A DNA stretch of 64,000 nt from the NCBI GenBank assembly GCA_964199315.1, contig OZ116698.1:42160001-42224000 (forward strand). The letters are read 5' to 3'. The position numbers and the translations under genes are program-made. The notes below the pieces were generated by a model. That model was not told where the DNA came from and made no database searches. It saw nothing but the letters and a program-made list of their open reading frames with translations. This DNA comes from Orbicella franksi. Taxonomy: Eukaryota. Below are positions 1 to 12,076 of the stretch, piece after piece (the first letter of the stretch is position 1; every line of letters starts with the position of its first letter).

Positions 1-3000
1 ATCTTGTAACGGCTTGGCCCGTAAACCTGATAAACTCACCGTTCTTAGAATGGCTGTGAACTATATGAAGTCCCTACGAGGATCTGGTATGTAGTACACA
101 AACTTTTGCATTTCACATTTGTACCTAGTGATAATGTTGATCAACAACGGGTATCCAAGAGGTCCATACCATTGCAACAACAGTCCTTTAAAAAGCTGAT
201 AGGACTGGCCATAATAATTGAGAGACTATTTTATAACTTGATTTATTAAGGATACAGTCCAGGAATATGCCCAGTTGGCAGGGGTTTCATTAATGTTTTC
301 AACAGAGGGACAACTGGTTTTCTCAGGCAGGCATAACTTTTTGAACTGAACTTCTTTGTAAAAAAATATTTCTCTAGATGATCAAATCAAGTCCACGGAC
401 AAAATCATCCTCACAGCGGGTCAATTTACCCAGTGCCTGGCCCTTAATGAAACTCCGGCAGATGGGTGTCTAGATTGTCTTTGGATGCCCACTTGTAAGA
501 AAAAATCACTTTTTAACCACTTGGATTTTGAATTGCTGTTTCATGCTGGCTTTATAGCAAATTTTGGATGCCACTAATTATTCAGAGATATTCTAAGGGA
601 ATTTTTAAAAGGTGTGATCTTAAGTAAAGTGGCTTCTCCAAAACACCACACAACGTCCTTGGCCAGGACTTGAACCTGGATCACTCAATCCAGAGGCAAG
701 TGCACTGGCTTCAAGGCCATTACACCTTCAACTACTTGTGTAGCTCTAGAAAAGTGTTTCTTGGCATAATGGCCAACCCAAATGTCCTCTTTGTAATATG
801 CTACATTCCTGTAACCATCAGGAAACCATTGTTTGTTAATTTCTGTTCTTAACTTTTTAAATTCATTCCATAACTGTTATTTTCTAGGTCAGGGTGCTGA
901 TGTTGCCTACAAGCCTTCATTTTTGTCTGATCAAGAACTTAAGCACCTTATATTGGAGGTAAAACTGTCCATAAATGTATTTAAGGAGTGGGAAGAAACA
1001 ATTCTAATCAGACTGAAAATTAATTCTACACAAATTGCCAGCAGTTATAAAGAGAAATTTGACTGTTTCTCAGAAAGGTGCAAGTTTTACAGTGAGATAA
1101 GTCAAGGGTGATGTTACTGCAGACATGTTCCTTCTTAAGAGAGGGCAGTGTCTGGGAGGTTCTTGTTAGTGAGGGGTTCTTATTTGTGATATCTGCTCTA
1201 CAGTAGTATCCATGGTCACTTTCCAGAAGAGACCACTTAAAAGGCTCTGATAACTAGGCTATCTTTTCTTGCAACTCACCATGCAGTTTTTTTGCCCTGT
1301 TGCATGGCAAGTTGTGGAAGACATTGCCCAGTGTGACACTCCCTGAAATGGACACGTCACACAACATTTTTGTTGCAGTGATCATTGTTAAAGTAAAACA
1401 TGATGTCCAGTAGTGTTATGGCTGCATTCCCATCTATCATCTTGATGTTACTCTGTGTGATGCTTGCATGAAAAGTCATTTCAAAAGATGTCTGTTACAG
1501 TGGGCAATTTTTTTGCATAACTTGTGTTGTGACAAAATTGGGAGACAAGATACAAGAAAATTTGCCGAGTGCAGAATGACTTTGAAGAGATGGGCCAACA
1601 TGTTGATTAAGGAGAGGCTTTCTCTTTGGAGACAAGATTGTTTACTTTAGAGGTGCCAGCTTAATTTAATTGTGTTCTTTAGGGAGTTGGACTCCTATTT
1701 TACTGATTGTCTACTTAACAGCAGCAGTTACTTCTGCAAGATATCCATTTAGAGAAAGAAATTACTGTCCTTTCCAATTGCTTTGACACCAAGGTATTTG
1801 TTAAACAATCTTTTTGTTTTCTTCTTCTTCACAGGCAGCTGATGGTTTCTTGTTTGTCGTAAATTGCAACACTGGAACTGTGGTCTATGTTTCAGACTCA
1901 ATTACTCCAGTCCTTAACCAGCCTCAGGTGATCTTAAGATTCAGTTAATATATATAAATACTATAGTTACAGACGAGGTATAGTCAGCTTTAGGTGAAAT
2001 GGAATCCTGAAATTATACTCAATTTACAAAACTAGTGTCCCATAAGTGCTGGAGTTCATTATGAATTCTGGGCATAAGGTTGCTAGGCATGTATTTGTAC
2101 TATCCTCTATAAGAGTGATATGTCAAGTGCATTAACTTGTCATCCACTGGGCCCCCTGATGTAGTTGGCCACTCAAATGTAAGGCTACAATCCTCCATTT
2201 AAAGTAAAGTCTGTATATGAGTCAAGTGGCCCATCAGGCCAGCTCTTATCTTCAGTTTCTATGTAGTGTGAAGCAACTAGGGGTATTTCTACTCCCCCCT
2301 GGACTGGGTGTTAGTCCATTGCTAAGTTGCCCTTCAGGATTAAATTTGCCAGTATCCATTCATACCTCAGGGTGAAGAGAGGCACTGTGAGAGTTAAGTG
2401 TCTTGTCTAAGAACACAACACAATGTCTCCAGCCAGGGCTTGAACTCAGACCACCCAATGTTGAGTGAACTAACCATGACGATGCGGTGCCTTCTACAAT
2501 CCTCCTTTAAAATAGCATTGTAAATTCAGAACTTAAGAGAATGTTGGTGGGATTGATGATGTTTAAATTGAACTTGACCAATTTATCATTATTTGGAAAA
2601 ATAGGTTTTACTTCTATGTAAGGAAATTTTGTTTCTTTTTACAGAGTGCTTGGATGAATCAAGAGATATTTGACTTAGTGCATCCTGATGATGCAGAGAA
2701 AATAAGAGATCAGCTTTCTGCCACTGAGTCACCCGATGCTGGAAGAGTTCTTGATTTGAAAAGTAAGAGCCACTGTTTTGACAAATTATTTACTAGTCTG
2801 TTGTTTAGCATGTAATCAGCACTCATGCCTAGTGAAAAAACATTTGGCGACTAAATTTTGTGAACGGGTTGCCAGTTTGGTGACTAGTGCAGTACAAAAG
2901 GCGGTCTGCTCAACAACAAGGTTTTTTTTTTGGTATAATCATTAAGCCAAACAAATTCAACCACAATTTTTCCCCGTTTGTCTTCCTTACCTGTTTTTAC

Positions 3001-6000
3001 TTTCCTGAACAGTAGGTAAGACTGTTCAACAAAAAATGGTGATATCTGAAAACTTTGAACTTGGAGTGCTGGTAATATTTAATTATTGGCCAGTAATGCC
3101 TTCTATTTATATTAAGCCATGTTAATTGAAAAGCCATTTGATTTAAGTTTTAATTTCTTATTTTAAGATGAAAGTAGTGTTATTTATTTTTGTTGTGTTC
3201 CTCTTTATAGCTGGAAGTGTTAAAAAGGACAGTCATGGAGGTAAGAACAGTTCTTTGTTGAAAGTTTTGAGTCTCATGAGGGTGATATTTGGTACAGTGT
3301 ATCGATGTCAACTTCCCTGGTGTTAATTACATTCAAGTTACATTGTAACCTGTGCATCCAAAACAAGCAAGATAATTAAAACAACAAAACATGGAAGAGT
3401 TTGGCAATTTATTTCTTTTGTAATTACTGACCAGTCGACTGTAACAAGAATGTGTATGTATTTTGATAACATGCTGAGCCCTCTCTGAAGACTTGTCCTA
3501 CTCAAATGGTGTGGTGTGAATCAGATTGCTGTAAAAAAATATAATTGCAATATTTGTGTACCCACGAAACCGAGAAGAACTCTCATGAACTTGTTAGAAA
3601 AGTTTTAGTGCATCAAGATCAGATTAGAACTTGGAATGTTGGTTTTTGTGGAGAGAGGCAAACTAGAGAATCCAGAAGAGAACAGAAAAGAAGAGAAAAC
3701 CCTTGGAACATGGATGAGAACTAACAACAAATGCAACCAACTTATGATGTTGTATCCAGGATTGTTTGTTTGTGGTGGGGGGGGGGGGGGGGGTATAGGG
3801 AGCATTCTCCCAAAGCGCCAGCCTTGCTCTCCTTATTGCTGGTATTGTTTGACTGTAGACTTGAATATGAATGGTCTTTAAAAAAGGGTTTGTACGGGTC
3901 CTGGAAAACCTGGAAAGTCCTGGAATTTTATCGTGGCATTTTCCAGGACTGGAAAGTCCTGGAAAAGGGCTACTGGTCCTGGAAAGTTCTGGAAATCTGT
4001 TGAACTCAAGTGAAAAAATATGAAATGTATTGCAGACAGTAAGGAGAATTAACATTAAGATCTTGGGAGTGAAAGGGTTAATGTGAATTTTAGAGTCCTG
4101 GAAAAATCAATCTGAGTCCTGGAAAAGTCCTGGAAACGTCCTGGAAATTTGTTTCTGAAAAAGGGTACGAACCCTGTTAATAATATAGCTATGTGTCCTG
4201 TTTATTATTTAGCTCTGTCACGGATGTATTCGAACTCAAGGAGAAACTTCATCTGCCGCATGAGATGCGGAAAAGAAGAAACAGAGAGTTTGACAAGAGG
4301 AAAGGATAACCGCTTAAAGCTTCTTGACGATGAGTATGCCATTGTGCATTGTACTGGCTATATCAAGGTAGGGTCACTGAAAATAATAACACATATAATA
4401 AGTGCCTGGCTTCCCTTGGTCTAGCAGTAGCATTAGTAAGCCCAGTGTTTGCATGTACCTTTAGAGAGGAAAGATAAATTTTATCTTCCATAAAATTGCA
4501 AATCAACAGCAATGAATATACGTACATACAGTTCAATAACATTCATTCTAAAGATCACACATTAGGATTTCTTGCACAGAGTTGAAAGTTTACATGGTTG
4601 GCAAAGGTAAGGAATTGGACAGGAAAAAAAACTTCTTCATGGTCAGGGAAAATTGGCCTTTTGAAGAAAATTTAGGGAAAATTCAAGTAAGTTAACACAG
4701 CTGATTTTATACCAGTGAAGGGTGGAAGAAACATTTGGCTTCACTGTGAGTCTATCAGTCTTAAGTAAATGAATGAGTAGAAAGGACGGCTGTGGGGAGG
4801 CTACAGGCAGCTACCGTATCTTATATTTTGTATCTGTTTGGTCAGGGAATCTATATTTTAATCAGGAAAATGTCAGGGAATTTTGAAAAGTGATGTTTGT
4901 GGCAACCATGACTTAAAACCTCTTTGTGCATGTACGGCATAACAAACAAAAAATATGTTTCACAACTGACTGGGTTTTGTTTTCAAATTATAACATTAGA
5001 TTTTTTTTTTTTTTTATCTTGAAAGATGACTTTTGTAGTTTATACTTTGTCTTCTTTTCCCAAACAGTCATTTGGAAATAGCACAGCAGTTGCTGTACCA
5101 GGGGAACCAGAAAACAATGAAAACAGCTGTTTAGTAACTATTGGAAAACTTCAACCAACGAGTGTGCCGCAGAGCAGTGACTTGATGGAGAATCCCCCAG
5201 TGATGGAGTTTGTCTCCAGACACAGTTTGGATGGCAAGTTCACTTTCGTTGATCAGAGGTGAGGGAAATACTGTCTTGTGGCTTTGTTGAAACCAGATTG
5301 CCAGTAATTGCAATTGGTCGGTCACAAAATATATGTATAGAGCAGTTTTCAAATGAGTGTTGAAAGTAATCAGTCAATTACTTTGGTTTTGGTTTTGGTT
5401 TGAGATTGGCTTAGTAGTGTTATTGGTATGTAATTGGTTTGGTTTTGGTTTTGGTTTTAAGACACTCATTTGAAAACTGTTCTATCTCGTTGAACTGATT
5501 AAGTACTTGAATGTGCTCTGGTACCAAGCAAAACGGGGAGGTACAACTTCAATTAATTATGTTTGAGCAGTTCCATGTGGTGATCAAAATCATTCTAGCT
5601 ATTTGTTTTGATTTTCTGTGAAGTTCCCATTGTTTTGCAACACCTTTGCATTCTTGTTCTTGCTACCTACCAGCTGACATGGTATTTTCTGTTGTGCAAT
5701 TAATTTAAAAAAATTCAACTTGTTTTTTCCTTTTTGTTCAGCCCCTGCAAGTTTTTCTAGTTCATGAAACCCTAGCCTCTGGTTGCCAACTTCTAATTTG
5801 CTTGTTGTGTTTTAGAGTGGTGGATGTCTTGGGTTACAAACCTCAAGAGCTTCTTAATGAACTGTGTTATGACTTCTTCCATCCTGATGATCTGGAACAT
5901 ATGATGGAAAGTTACCAACAAGGTAAGGACTGTTCTGTGTGAAAAACAAGTGAATGAATGGACAAACAAGTGAATGAATGGACAAACAAACACATACGCA

Positions 6001-9000
6001 CACATGAACAAACATATAGATGAACAAGGAACCTCTACCCATTGTATTTCTGGTCCCTGCGTTTGAATGTTGTTTGCTGTATTTTTCCTCCCATTCTCCA
6101 GTGTGCCTATATTCTTAGTAAAAGAATTTGCAAACAATATTGTGCAAAATAAAGAAAGACTAATTCAATCACATGAAAGTACTACACAATAGCTTCCATT
6201 TGAATGATGGTATAATAGGATTTCTTTCAAAGACTTCAAAGTGTGCACCATGATCAATAGTACCACACCAAAGTACTGCTTGATAGCCTTCATTTGAATT
6301 TTAACATATGTGTATCCCAGCTTTTCTGGACTTCACAATTTTACAACTTCACTTTTAATCTCCAATAAGTATTGGTAAAAACATAAACAGTATTTGATGG
6401 AGGGTTTGGTTCTGGGAGTAATTTAGGCTTGGTTAACCACAATGTGTAGTTAAACTTGTTTGGTAGAAAAGTAAAGAAACCTGTTTTTCTTTTGTTTTCT
6501 GTTTTCTTCTATTTCCCAGTGATGAAACTGAAGGGCCAAACCCTGTCTGTGCGGTATAGATTCCGTGCTAAGGATGGAAACTGGGTGTGGCTAAGAACAA
6601 GTTGCAACAGTTTTCAGAATCCTTATACAGATGAAGCAGAGTACATTGTTTGCTCCAACTGCCTTGGCCAACAGTGAGTAAATAAAGTGCTTACATGTAT
6701 ATGACAATCTTTAGTAACAAATAAAGAAGCCTAAGCCGTGTATTACACTGTGATAAAACACGACAGGCATTTGAGAACACAAGGGAATGTAGAAAACACA
6801 AGCCACAGGCAAGTGTTTTCTACATTCTTGAATGTTCTCAAATGTCTGGAGTGTTTTACCACAGCATAATACACAACTTAGGCATCTTCATTTTATGATA
6901 TAGAGGTAATGTGATGAAAAACATTAAAACATGCTCTTTCTTTGTTTTATACTCTGATAAAACATGGGTTTTTGACCAGTCAGAGGGTGCGCAGGGTCCT
7001 ATCTAATTATATAATAAAGGGTCCTATCTAATATAATTCTGCATATTAGTGGCTAAATACCTGAACATCCCAGTGATAAGTCCCCCTCCTCCTGTTACAA
7101 AATTTTTCCAGTTATGAGCCCTAATGAACTAATGTGCTTAAAGAACATTGTACTTTAAGTAATAAATCAACCATGAAAGACCGTGTTTGACTACATCTCT
7201 AAACACAGAGAAGAGAGTTGAAAATACAACGCACAGCGGAGTATTTTTGACAAACTTTGAGGTGTTTGGAAATGTGGTCAAACACTGTCTTGAGTGTTTG
7301 ATATATCTTCTCAATCAAAACTTAAAATAAGGAGAAAATGGAGAAATAGAATTGTAAATATATCTGCTAATTATTAAGATCAGATATCCAAACATGGTTA
7401 TGATTTCCTTTGTTTAAACTCAATGAATTATTAATGAGTTTGAGAAGTAAAGATAGACCAGTAAGGTTGCAGCTGGAGTGTAGATTTTAAGATTTAAGGA
7501 CTGTGGTTTTGTTTTGTTTTTTCCTTTCTTGCTTGCTTGCTTCCCTTTTCTCATCAGAGTGTTAAAGTCATTTCTTGTCAGTTTATTTCATAACTGTTTT
7601 TCTGCACCACATTTAAGCCAGTCAAGATATAAGTTTTCCTCATGTAAGTCCACCCAAGACTCTCTATGAAGTTATATAAGTCCTGGATAATAACCATGTT
7701 AATTACTGACTAGATATTTTCTATGCATCTAAACAATTTAGTGCCAGCAACATTCAGCCTGTCACTCTAAATCTGTCCAGTCCCACTGTTAACTCCACTC
7801 GCAGCGGACCTCTGACTGGCAGTACAGATTATTCTGACATCTCACCACGTACTGACCTGACAAGTCCTGACTCTGCAGCCTCGCTCTACCAGAGACGTGC
7901 TCAACAGCTTACCCCAGGACGGGATGACACCATGTTGCATTACTCACCTGGAGGTGCAGTTCCAAAAGGTACCTTGTCTGATTCATTGTCAGCAGTCAAT
8001 AGCATCTCTTTTGCAGTAAAAACGTTGTCTGCATGAAGTGACTGACACTTTGATTGCTAAGCAATCAGACATTCTTGTATGGTATCATTCTGCTGTTGCA
8101 ACTTTAAGCGTCCTTGGCAGTTTTTTTTGTGTCTGATACATTTGAAAATCAGAATAATTTACTTGTTGGCTTCTTGATGGGATTCAAACACACATTGAAA
8201 GTCCTTGAGCTAAAAATGAAAAAAGAAGGACTTGGAGTGAGGAATATGGAGTTAAGATGCCATTGAAATTTGTAAAAATTCAAATAGTAAAATAAATGTA
8301 ACTCTGAAGTTGTAACAATTGTTATTGTACATTTTTCTATGAAAAACACTGTCATCCAAATTGGTTTGAAATTGTACGGTTTCTTTTGGTTAAATTTGAA
8401 TTAAAACTATCTGATGTTCTTTAAAGAAAGAATGTTTCATAGCTAACATTGCTTTCTTTTCAGTATCATCACGCATGGCTGAAGGAGGTTTGGAAGCCCT
8501 CTCCAAGGTTTGTTATCCGACATTTTAGTGATGTTCTTACCACGCACTTGAAATAGATTATTCTTGTAACATTGGGTTTCTGCTGTCAGTTTAGTTGTAT
8601 AATTTTATCTTGGTAGTTGCAAGATGGCTTTACTGTTCAATTTCATTATTGGTTTCTACATGCATTAGACCATTACACCACCCCTCCCCTACCAGTGTGT
8701 AGTTCAGTGCCATTTATCCAAGCCCTGTTGTTTCAGGCCAGTGAGCTAAGTGACAAGAGAGGAAATACTTCACCTAACAGCTCTGCTGCTCAAGTTCCTC
8801 AGAAATCTGACGGCTCCCTGGTGAGCCCTGTTCCTTCAGTCAGCAGTCCCTCTTCACAGAGACTCGCACCAGGAATGATGCAACATGCTATGGACCAGAA
8901 TAACGGTAATGGATGAAATGACGTGTTTTTTTTGTAGTGTTTGAGGTTTGATTTTGTTGTAAAATACTGTTAGAAAAACTACTTTTTGGTTCAATGGTTC

Positions 9001-10495
9001 ATACAGGTCTCTGTCTGTGGGTGAACCCTGTTGAAATGGATACTGTCGGGACCACAGAAAGTACTTCTCTATAGTAGATTACTTTTTAATAGCTGATTGG
9101 GATGATGTCGTCATTTGACTACAAATACCAGAATCCTTCGTGTTTCCTGTTTCTTATGTTAATTAGGGCAATTGTTATTTAAATGCCACTGGGCTTCAAG
9201 CAATTCTGCTATTCAATACACAGTGACAAAAGACATCTCTAATAGGCCACTTTCGATGTATTAAAATTCAGCTTGAAAGTGAGGCGCAGAGGACACAAAC
9301 AAAAGAAATGAATAAACGTAATCATTCAATTTCCTTTGTTTGTGTCCTCTAAGCCTGAATTTTAATATATCGAAAACAGTCGATTCCCTGCTTTGAGGTG
9401 TATGTTATTAGGGAGTTATGCATCAAGCAGTGTAGAATGCTCTCTCTGAAAAATCTCCTTTATCTCATTGATAAAGCATCGGGCCAGTGTAAAGAAGGCC
9501 AAAGATTTCACTCCTGTCAGGAGTAGCTTGTGTGACTGACTTATAAGCTCTCTTAGGGTACTGCTCTGTTTAACTTTGTCTTTAAAAAGTGTTTGAATTG
9601 TGAGAAGTGTCTGAAGAGAGAAGGGTTAAGTTTATCTTTTTAGAAATTTTGGCCATCTGGCCCTGGTTGTTCAAAGGTTGGATAAAGCTATCCACTGAAT
9701 AAATCCCTATCCACTCATTAGTGTAGTTTGTTGTTTCAACTCTTACCCACAGGATAGTGACTTATCTGGTGGGTAGTGTTATCCATCCTTTGAACAAAAC
9801 AATGGGCCCTGGAAGGAGGTCTAAATTTAGCAAAATATATTACTTTAGGAATGTGCCAAGGTTGAATGAATGTGTACTTGTTTTTCCTTTGTGCAGTGGA
9901 CCTGGATAGCTCAGAGTTCTCTGCAGGCCATGCCGGCAGTCTCCTTGCTGCTTTGGTGCAGAGGCGAAATGCAATGGCTGCTGCTGCTGCTCAAGGTCAG
10001 ACTTCACAGGGAGGCTATGGTCTTATGTCACAAGTGAATGGCAACATGGCCTCTATGATGCGACCTAGCAACATGGTCGGACAGCAAAGAGCAATGGGTC
10101 CCATGTCTCAGATGGAGATGATGAGAGCACAGATGCCGCGAAGCATGGGTGATATGAGCCCTGGTGGGATGATGGGATACAGTGCTACGACGACCAGGAA
10201 TGGGCAAACGAACGTCAAGAACACGGTGGACACAAGTCAAAAGGGTGGGTACCCACAAGTCATGAGTGACAACATGGGTGGAAGAGAAATGATGTCTGGG
10301 GCATGGCCACACCAGGGTGTCATGCCCAGGCCAATGAGAGAAGGAGAGATGAAGCCATCACCTCCATCTGTACCAATGTCTCACATGTCGCAAATCGATT
10401 CAGCTGCACCTCCTGGGATGTACACAGGAATGCGACCGCCAGCAGGACCATCAGCTGGTCGAGGAACGACTTCAGGCTATCCTTACTACCAGTAG
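1..10495 (+). CDS. ARNT: Aryl hydrocarbon receptor nuclear translocator (ARNT/HIF-1beta), bHLH-PAS transcription factor; 5' partial, 13 exons in window
   Basis: Exons: <1-86, 888-958, 1835-1927, 2645-2762, 3211-3240, 4213-4367, 5068-5258, 5816-5922, 6520-6673, 7742-7968, 8464-8507, 8737-8905, 9897-10495(TAG). All are GT-AG and phase-consistent (680 codons in window). Motifs: b[30 protein letters not shown]; [54 protein letters not shown]; [27 protein letters not shown]; [47 protein letters not shown]. These match ARNT rather than BMAL. Boundaries of the four low-complexity C-terminal exons rest on splice signals and phase only. Confidence 0.95.
624..712 (-). mobile_element. tRNA-derived SINE head fragment
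   Basis: Similar to the right end of the 2201-2493 copy (GGACTTGAACC vs GGGCTTGAACTC = reverse-complement B box; ACACCACACAAC vs ACACAACACAAT). Confidence 0.55.
2201..2493 (-). mobile_element. Full-length tRNA-derived SINE with target-site duplication
   Basis: Flanked by direct repeat CTACAATCCTCC (2185-2196 and 2494-2505). Reverse-strand Pol III B-box-like motif near 2437-2448. Core CTACTCCCCCCTGGA..TAGTCCAT..GGTGAAGAGAGGCACTGTGAGAGTTAAGTGTCTTG recurs at about 13550, 25810 and 36085. Confidence 0.8.
3590..3830 (-). mobile_element. SINE, second family (degenerate copy)
   Basis: Shares GAAAACCCT..AGAAC(T/C)AACAACAAA..CAACC with the 46640-46892 copy. Confidence 0.55.
3884..4176. mobile_element. 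MITE, hAT-like termini, with internal TCCTGGAAA motif array
   Basis: TIR AAGGGTTTGTAC (3884-3895) / GTACGAACCCTG (4165-4176). About 8 copies of (G)TCCTGGAAA plus variants. No clear TSD. Contains a piggyBac-like end (GAAAGGG-TTAA, about 4071-4081). Confidence 0.7.
4593..4910. mobile_element. MITE, hAT-like termini
   Basis: TIR CATGGTTGGCA / TGGCAACCATG (10/11), with repeated GTCAGGGAA subterminal motifs. Confidence 0.6.
5338..5484. mobile_element. Short MITE with (GGTTTT)n core
   Basis: 23-bp TIR TAGAGCAGTTTTCAAATGAGTGT / ACACTCATTTGAAAACTGTTCTA (22/23). A truncated relative lies at about 37610-37640. Confidence 0.8.
5944..5990. repeat. Tandem duplication, 20-bp unit
   Basis: ACAAGTGAATGAATGGACAA x2 plus a partial copy. 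Confidence 0.8.
6170..6310. repeat. Dispersed tandem-unit repeat (about 100-110 bp unit)
   Basis: AAGTACT..ATAGC..CATTTGAAT occurs twice here; the same family has 3 units at 57115-57400. Confidence 0.55.
6722..7446. repeat. Two adjacent interspersed repeats (about 6722-7035 and 7177-7446)
   Basis: Recognised from memory as common coral non-autonomous repeats (AAACACGACAGGCATTTGAGAAC...; GTGTTTGACTACATCTCTAAACAC...). GGGTCCTATCTAAT is locally duplicated. Not database-verified. Confidence 0.4.
9241..9376. mobile_element. Palindromic MITE
   Basis: Arms TTCGATGTATTAAAATTCAG..AGAGGACACAAACAAA / TTTGTTTGTGTCCTCT..CTGAATTTTAATATATCGAA. Confidence 0.7.
9659..9808. mobile_element. MITE with GGCC termini (PIF/Harbinger-like)
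   Basis: TIR GGCCC..TTGTTCAAAGGTTGGATAA / TTATCCATCCTTTGAACAA..GGGCC, with internal TATCCAC/GGATA motifs. Confidence 0.7.
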
Positions 10496-11898
10496 CCTGA
10501 AGACACTTGTTTTACATATTGAAGCATCGCTTAGTTCAGCACGCACAGTGAACTCCACCAGCCCGGAGTTAATTTCTTTCTAGTTTTTACATCAACCTGC
10601 CAGATCATTCAAACTCTTCATGGAAATGAACAGCGGTCCTGGTGTTCTGTAGCTGGATGTAACACTGCAAAGTGAACCCATCTTCCATTGGTGTCTGTTA
10701 CACAAAGATTCTCTCAAATGAGTAATTAAGAGAACAGTGTTTGCTATATTATACTTTTGAATGCATGACCTAACACCATTGGCTAATGTGAAACACATTA
10801 CTTAAATGCAAAGATCTAGACCTTGTCAGTTTAAAGTATTTAACAAGTAACACAAAATGCGTGTGCATGTTCACTGATAGACAAATCTTGCGTACCAATG
10901 TTAGTACATAATATAATAAACTTCAGGCAAGGGGGACAAGTTTATGATGCATATTTGTGACTGCTTTCTCTTTTCTTTAAAAAAAAGTAATTGCTCCTCC
11001 TTGAAATCAAGGTCTTGCATACAGCGTTGTATGTGAAAATGAGATCCATTGGCATGAATGTGTTAACAAGCAAAACTCATTTTCATGTAAAAGGCCTTTG
11101 CAGCTGCCCTCGTTTTGAGGCAGTCAGAAAGTAGTTAGCATGTAGAAATGGCAACTTGAGAACGACCTGTCATCGTGTAATTGTAGCAAAGCATTGTGTG
11201 TAATTCTTAGGCCACAGAGGTTATATTTTGCATAGTCAAGCATTCATCGCCACATTTATACATTTAGAAATGTTGATATTAGAGATTGGTCTGTTATTGA
11301 TGGTTAAAACTCTAGTTTATTAATTTTGTCATTTTGACATTAGTTCTCAACACATCAGTACTGGTGTGTGCTAGATAAAGAGAGACTGAGAAAATCTGAA
11401 TATATTACCTATGGCTAAAATCTTATTTTTATGTAACTGTCACCCTGAAATCTCTAAACAAAACAGCTGTGCTATTTCAATTCGAATAATATTCTGGTCA
11501 GCTCTATACATGAACCCAAAGTACATACATAGCTACAATCCCATTTAGCAACCTACAAATATCAGTTTTGTTTAAATCCCATTTCATTATTATTTTGTGA
11601 AATGGCCTACACACATTGATATTTTATCCAATGAGAACTTTTTTCCCTTTATTGCTTTTGATAGCAAGAGATTTTGTTTCTAAGATAATAATATTATTCT
11701 TACAAAGCAGTTTAAAGTTTGTGGTGACATGTATTATACCCTTGTAATATGGGCTAAAACAGGTAAAAGGAGATTTGTCTTTTCTTTAGGTAACTTAACA
11801 TTTTTGTATTGTCTATATGCAGTAGCATTTTTATCATCATATGTTTTAGGTCATGTATCCTTCTCTGTGGATATCCCTAATACAGTCACCTTGCAGTG

Positions 11899-12076
11899 CT
11901 GTAGAGTCTCAATATCTTGAACCCTCGATTTTTCGAACCTCTCAATAACTTGAACCGAAAGTTGCTTCCCTACCCTTAGTTAACACTGTAATTTTAACCC
12001 CAATTTCTAAAGTAGCCAATTTTTTAAACCACTTTTTGTTTCCCTTGGAGTTCCAAAAAATCTGAATTTCACTGTA
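11899..12076. mobile_element. Degenerate Tc1/mariner-pogo-type MITE in the ARNT 3' region
   Basis: Right end TTTCACTG-TA. Left end degenerate (TGTAGAGTCTCAATATCTTGAAC), with repeated TCGAAC/TTGAAC motifs. Confidence 0.5.

Noticed and set aside
3663-4055. 130-aa and overlapping ORFs (3605-4055)
   Set aside because: They lie in a SINE, a poly-G tract and a MITE motif array; the translations are repetitive by-products.
3898-4146. CRISPR-like array of TCCTGGAAA (also TTCGGAC at 36730-37115 and ATCGAT at 14030-14190)
   Set aside because: Units are 6-9 bp, irregularly spaced, inside TIR-bounded elements in a eukaryotic genome, with no cas genes; they are transposon subterminal motifs.
1-10495. 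BMAL1/CYCLE or CLOCK identity for the bHLH-PAS gene
   Set aside because: [41 protein letters not shown] and [14 protein letters not shown] match ARNT-type sequences; BMAL has RKLDKLT and a different PAS-B/PAC.
10028-10500. His-rich ORF 10028-10312(-) and ORF 10303-10500(+)
   Set aside because: Antisense and alternate-frame shadows of the ATG-rich ARNT last exon.
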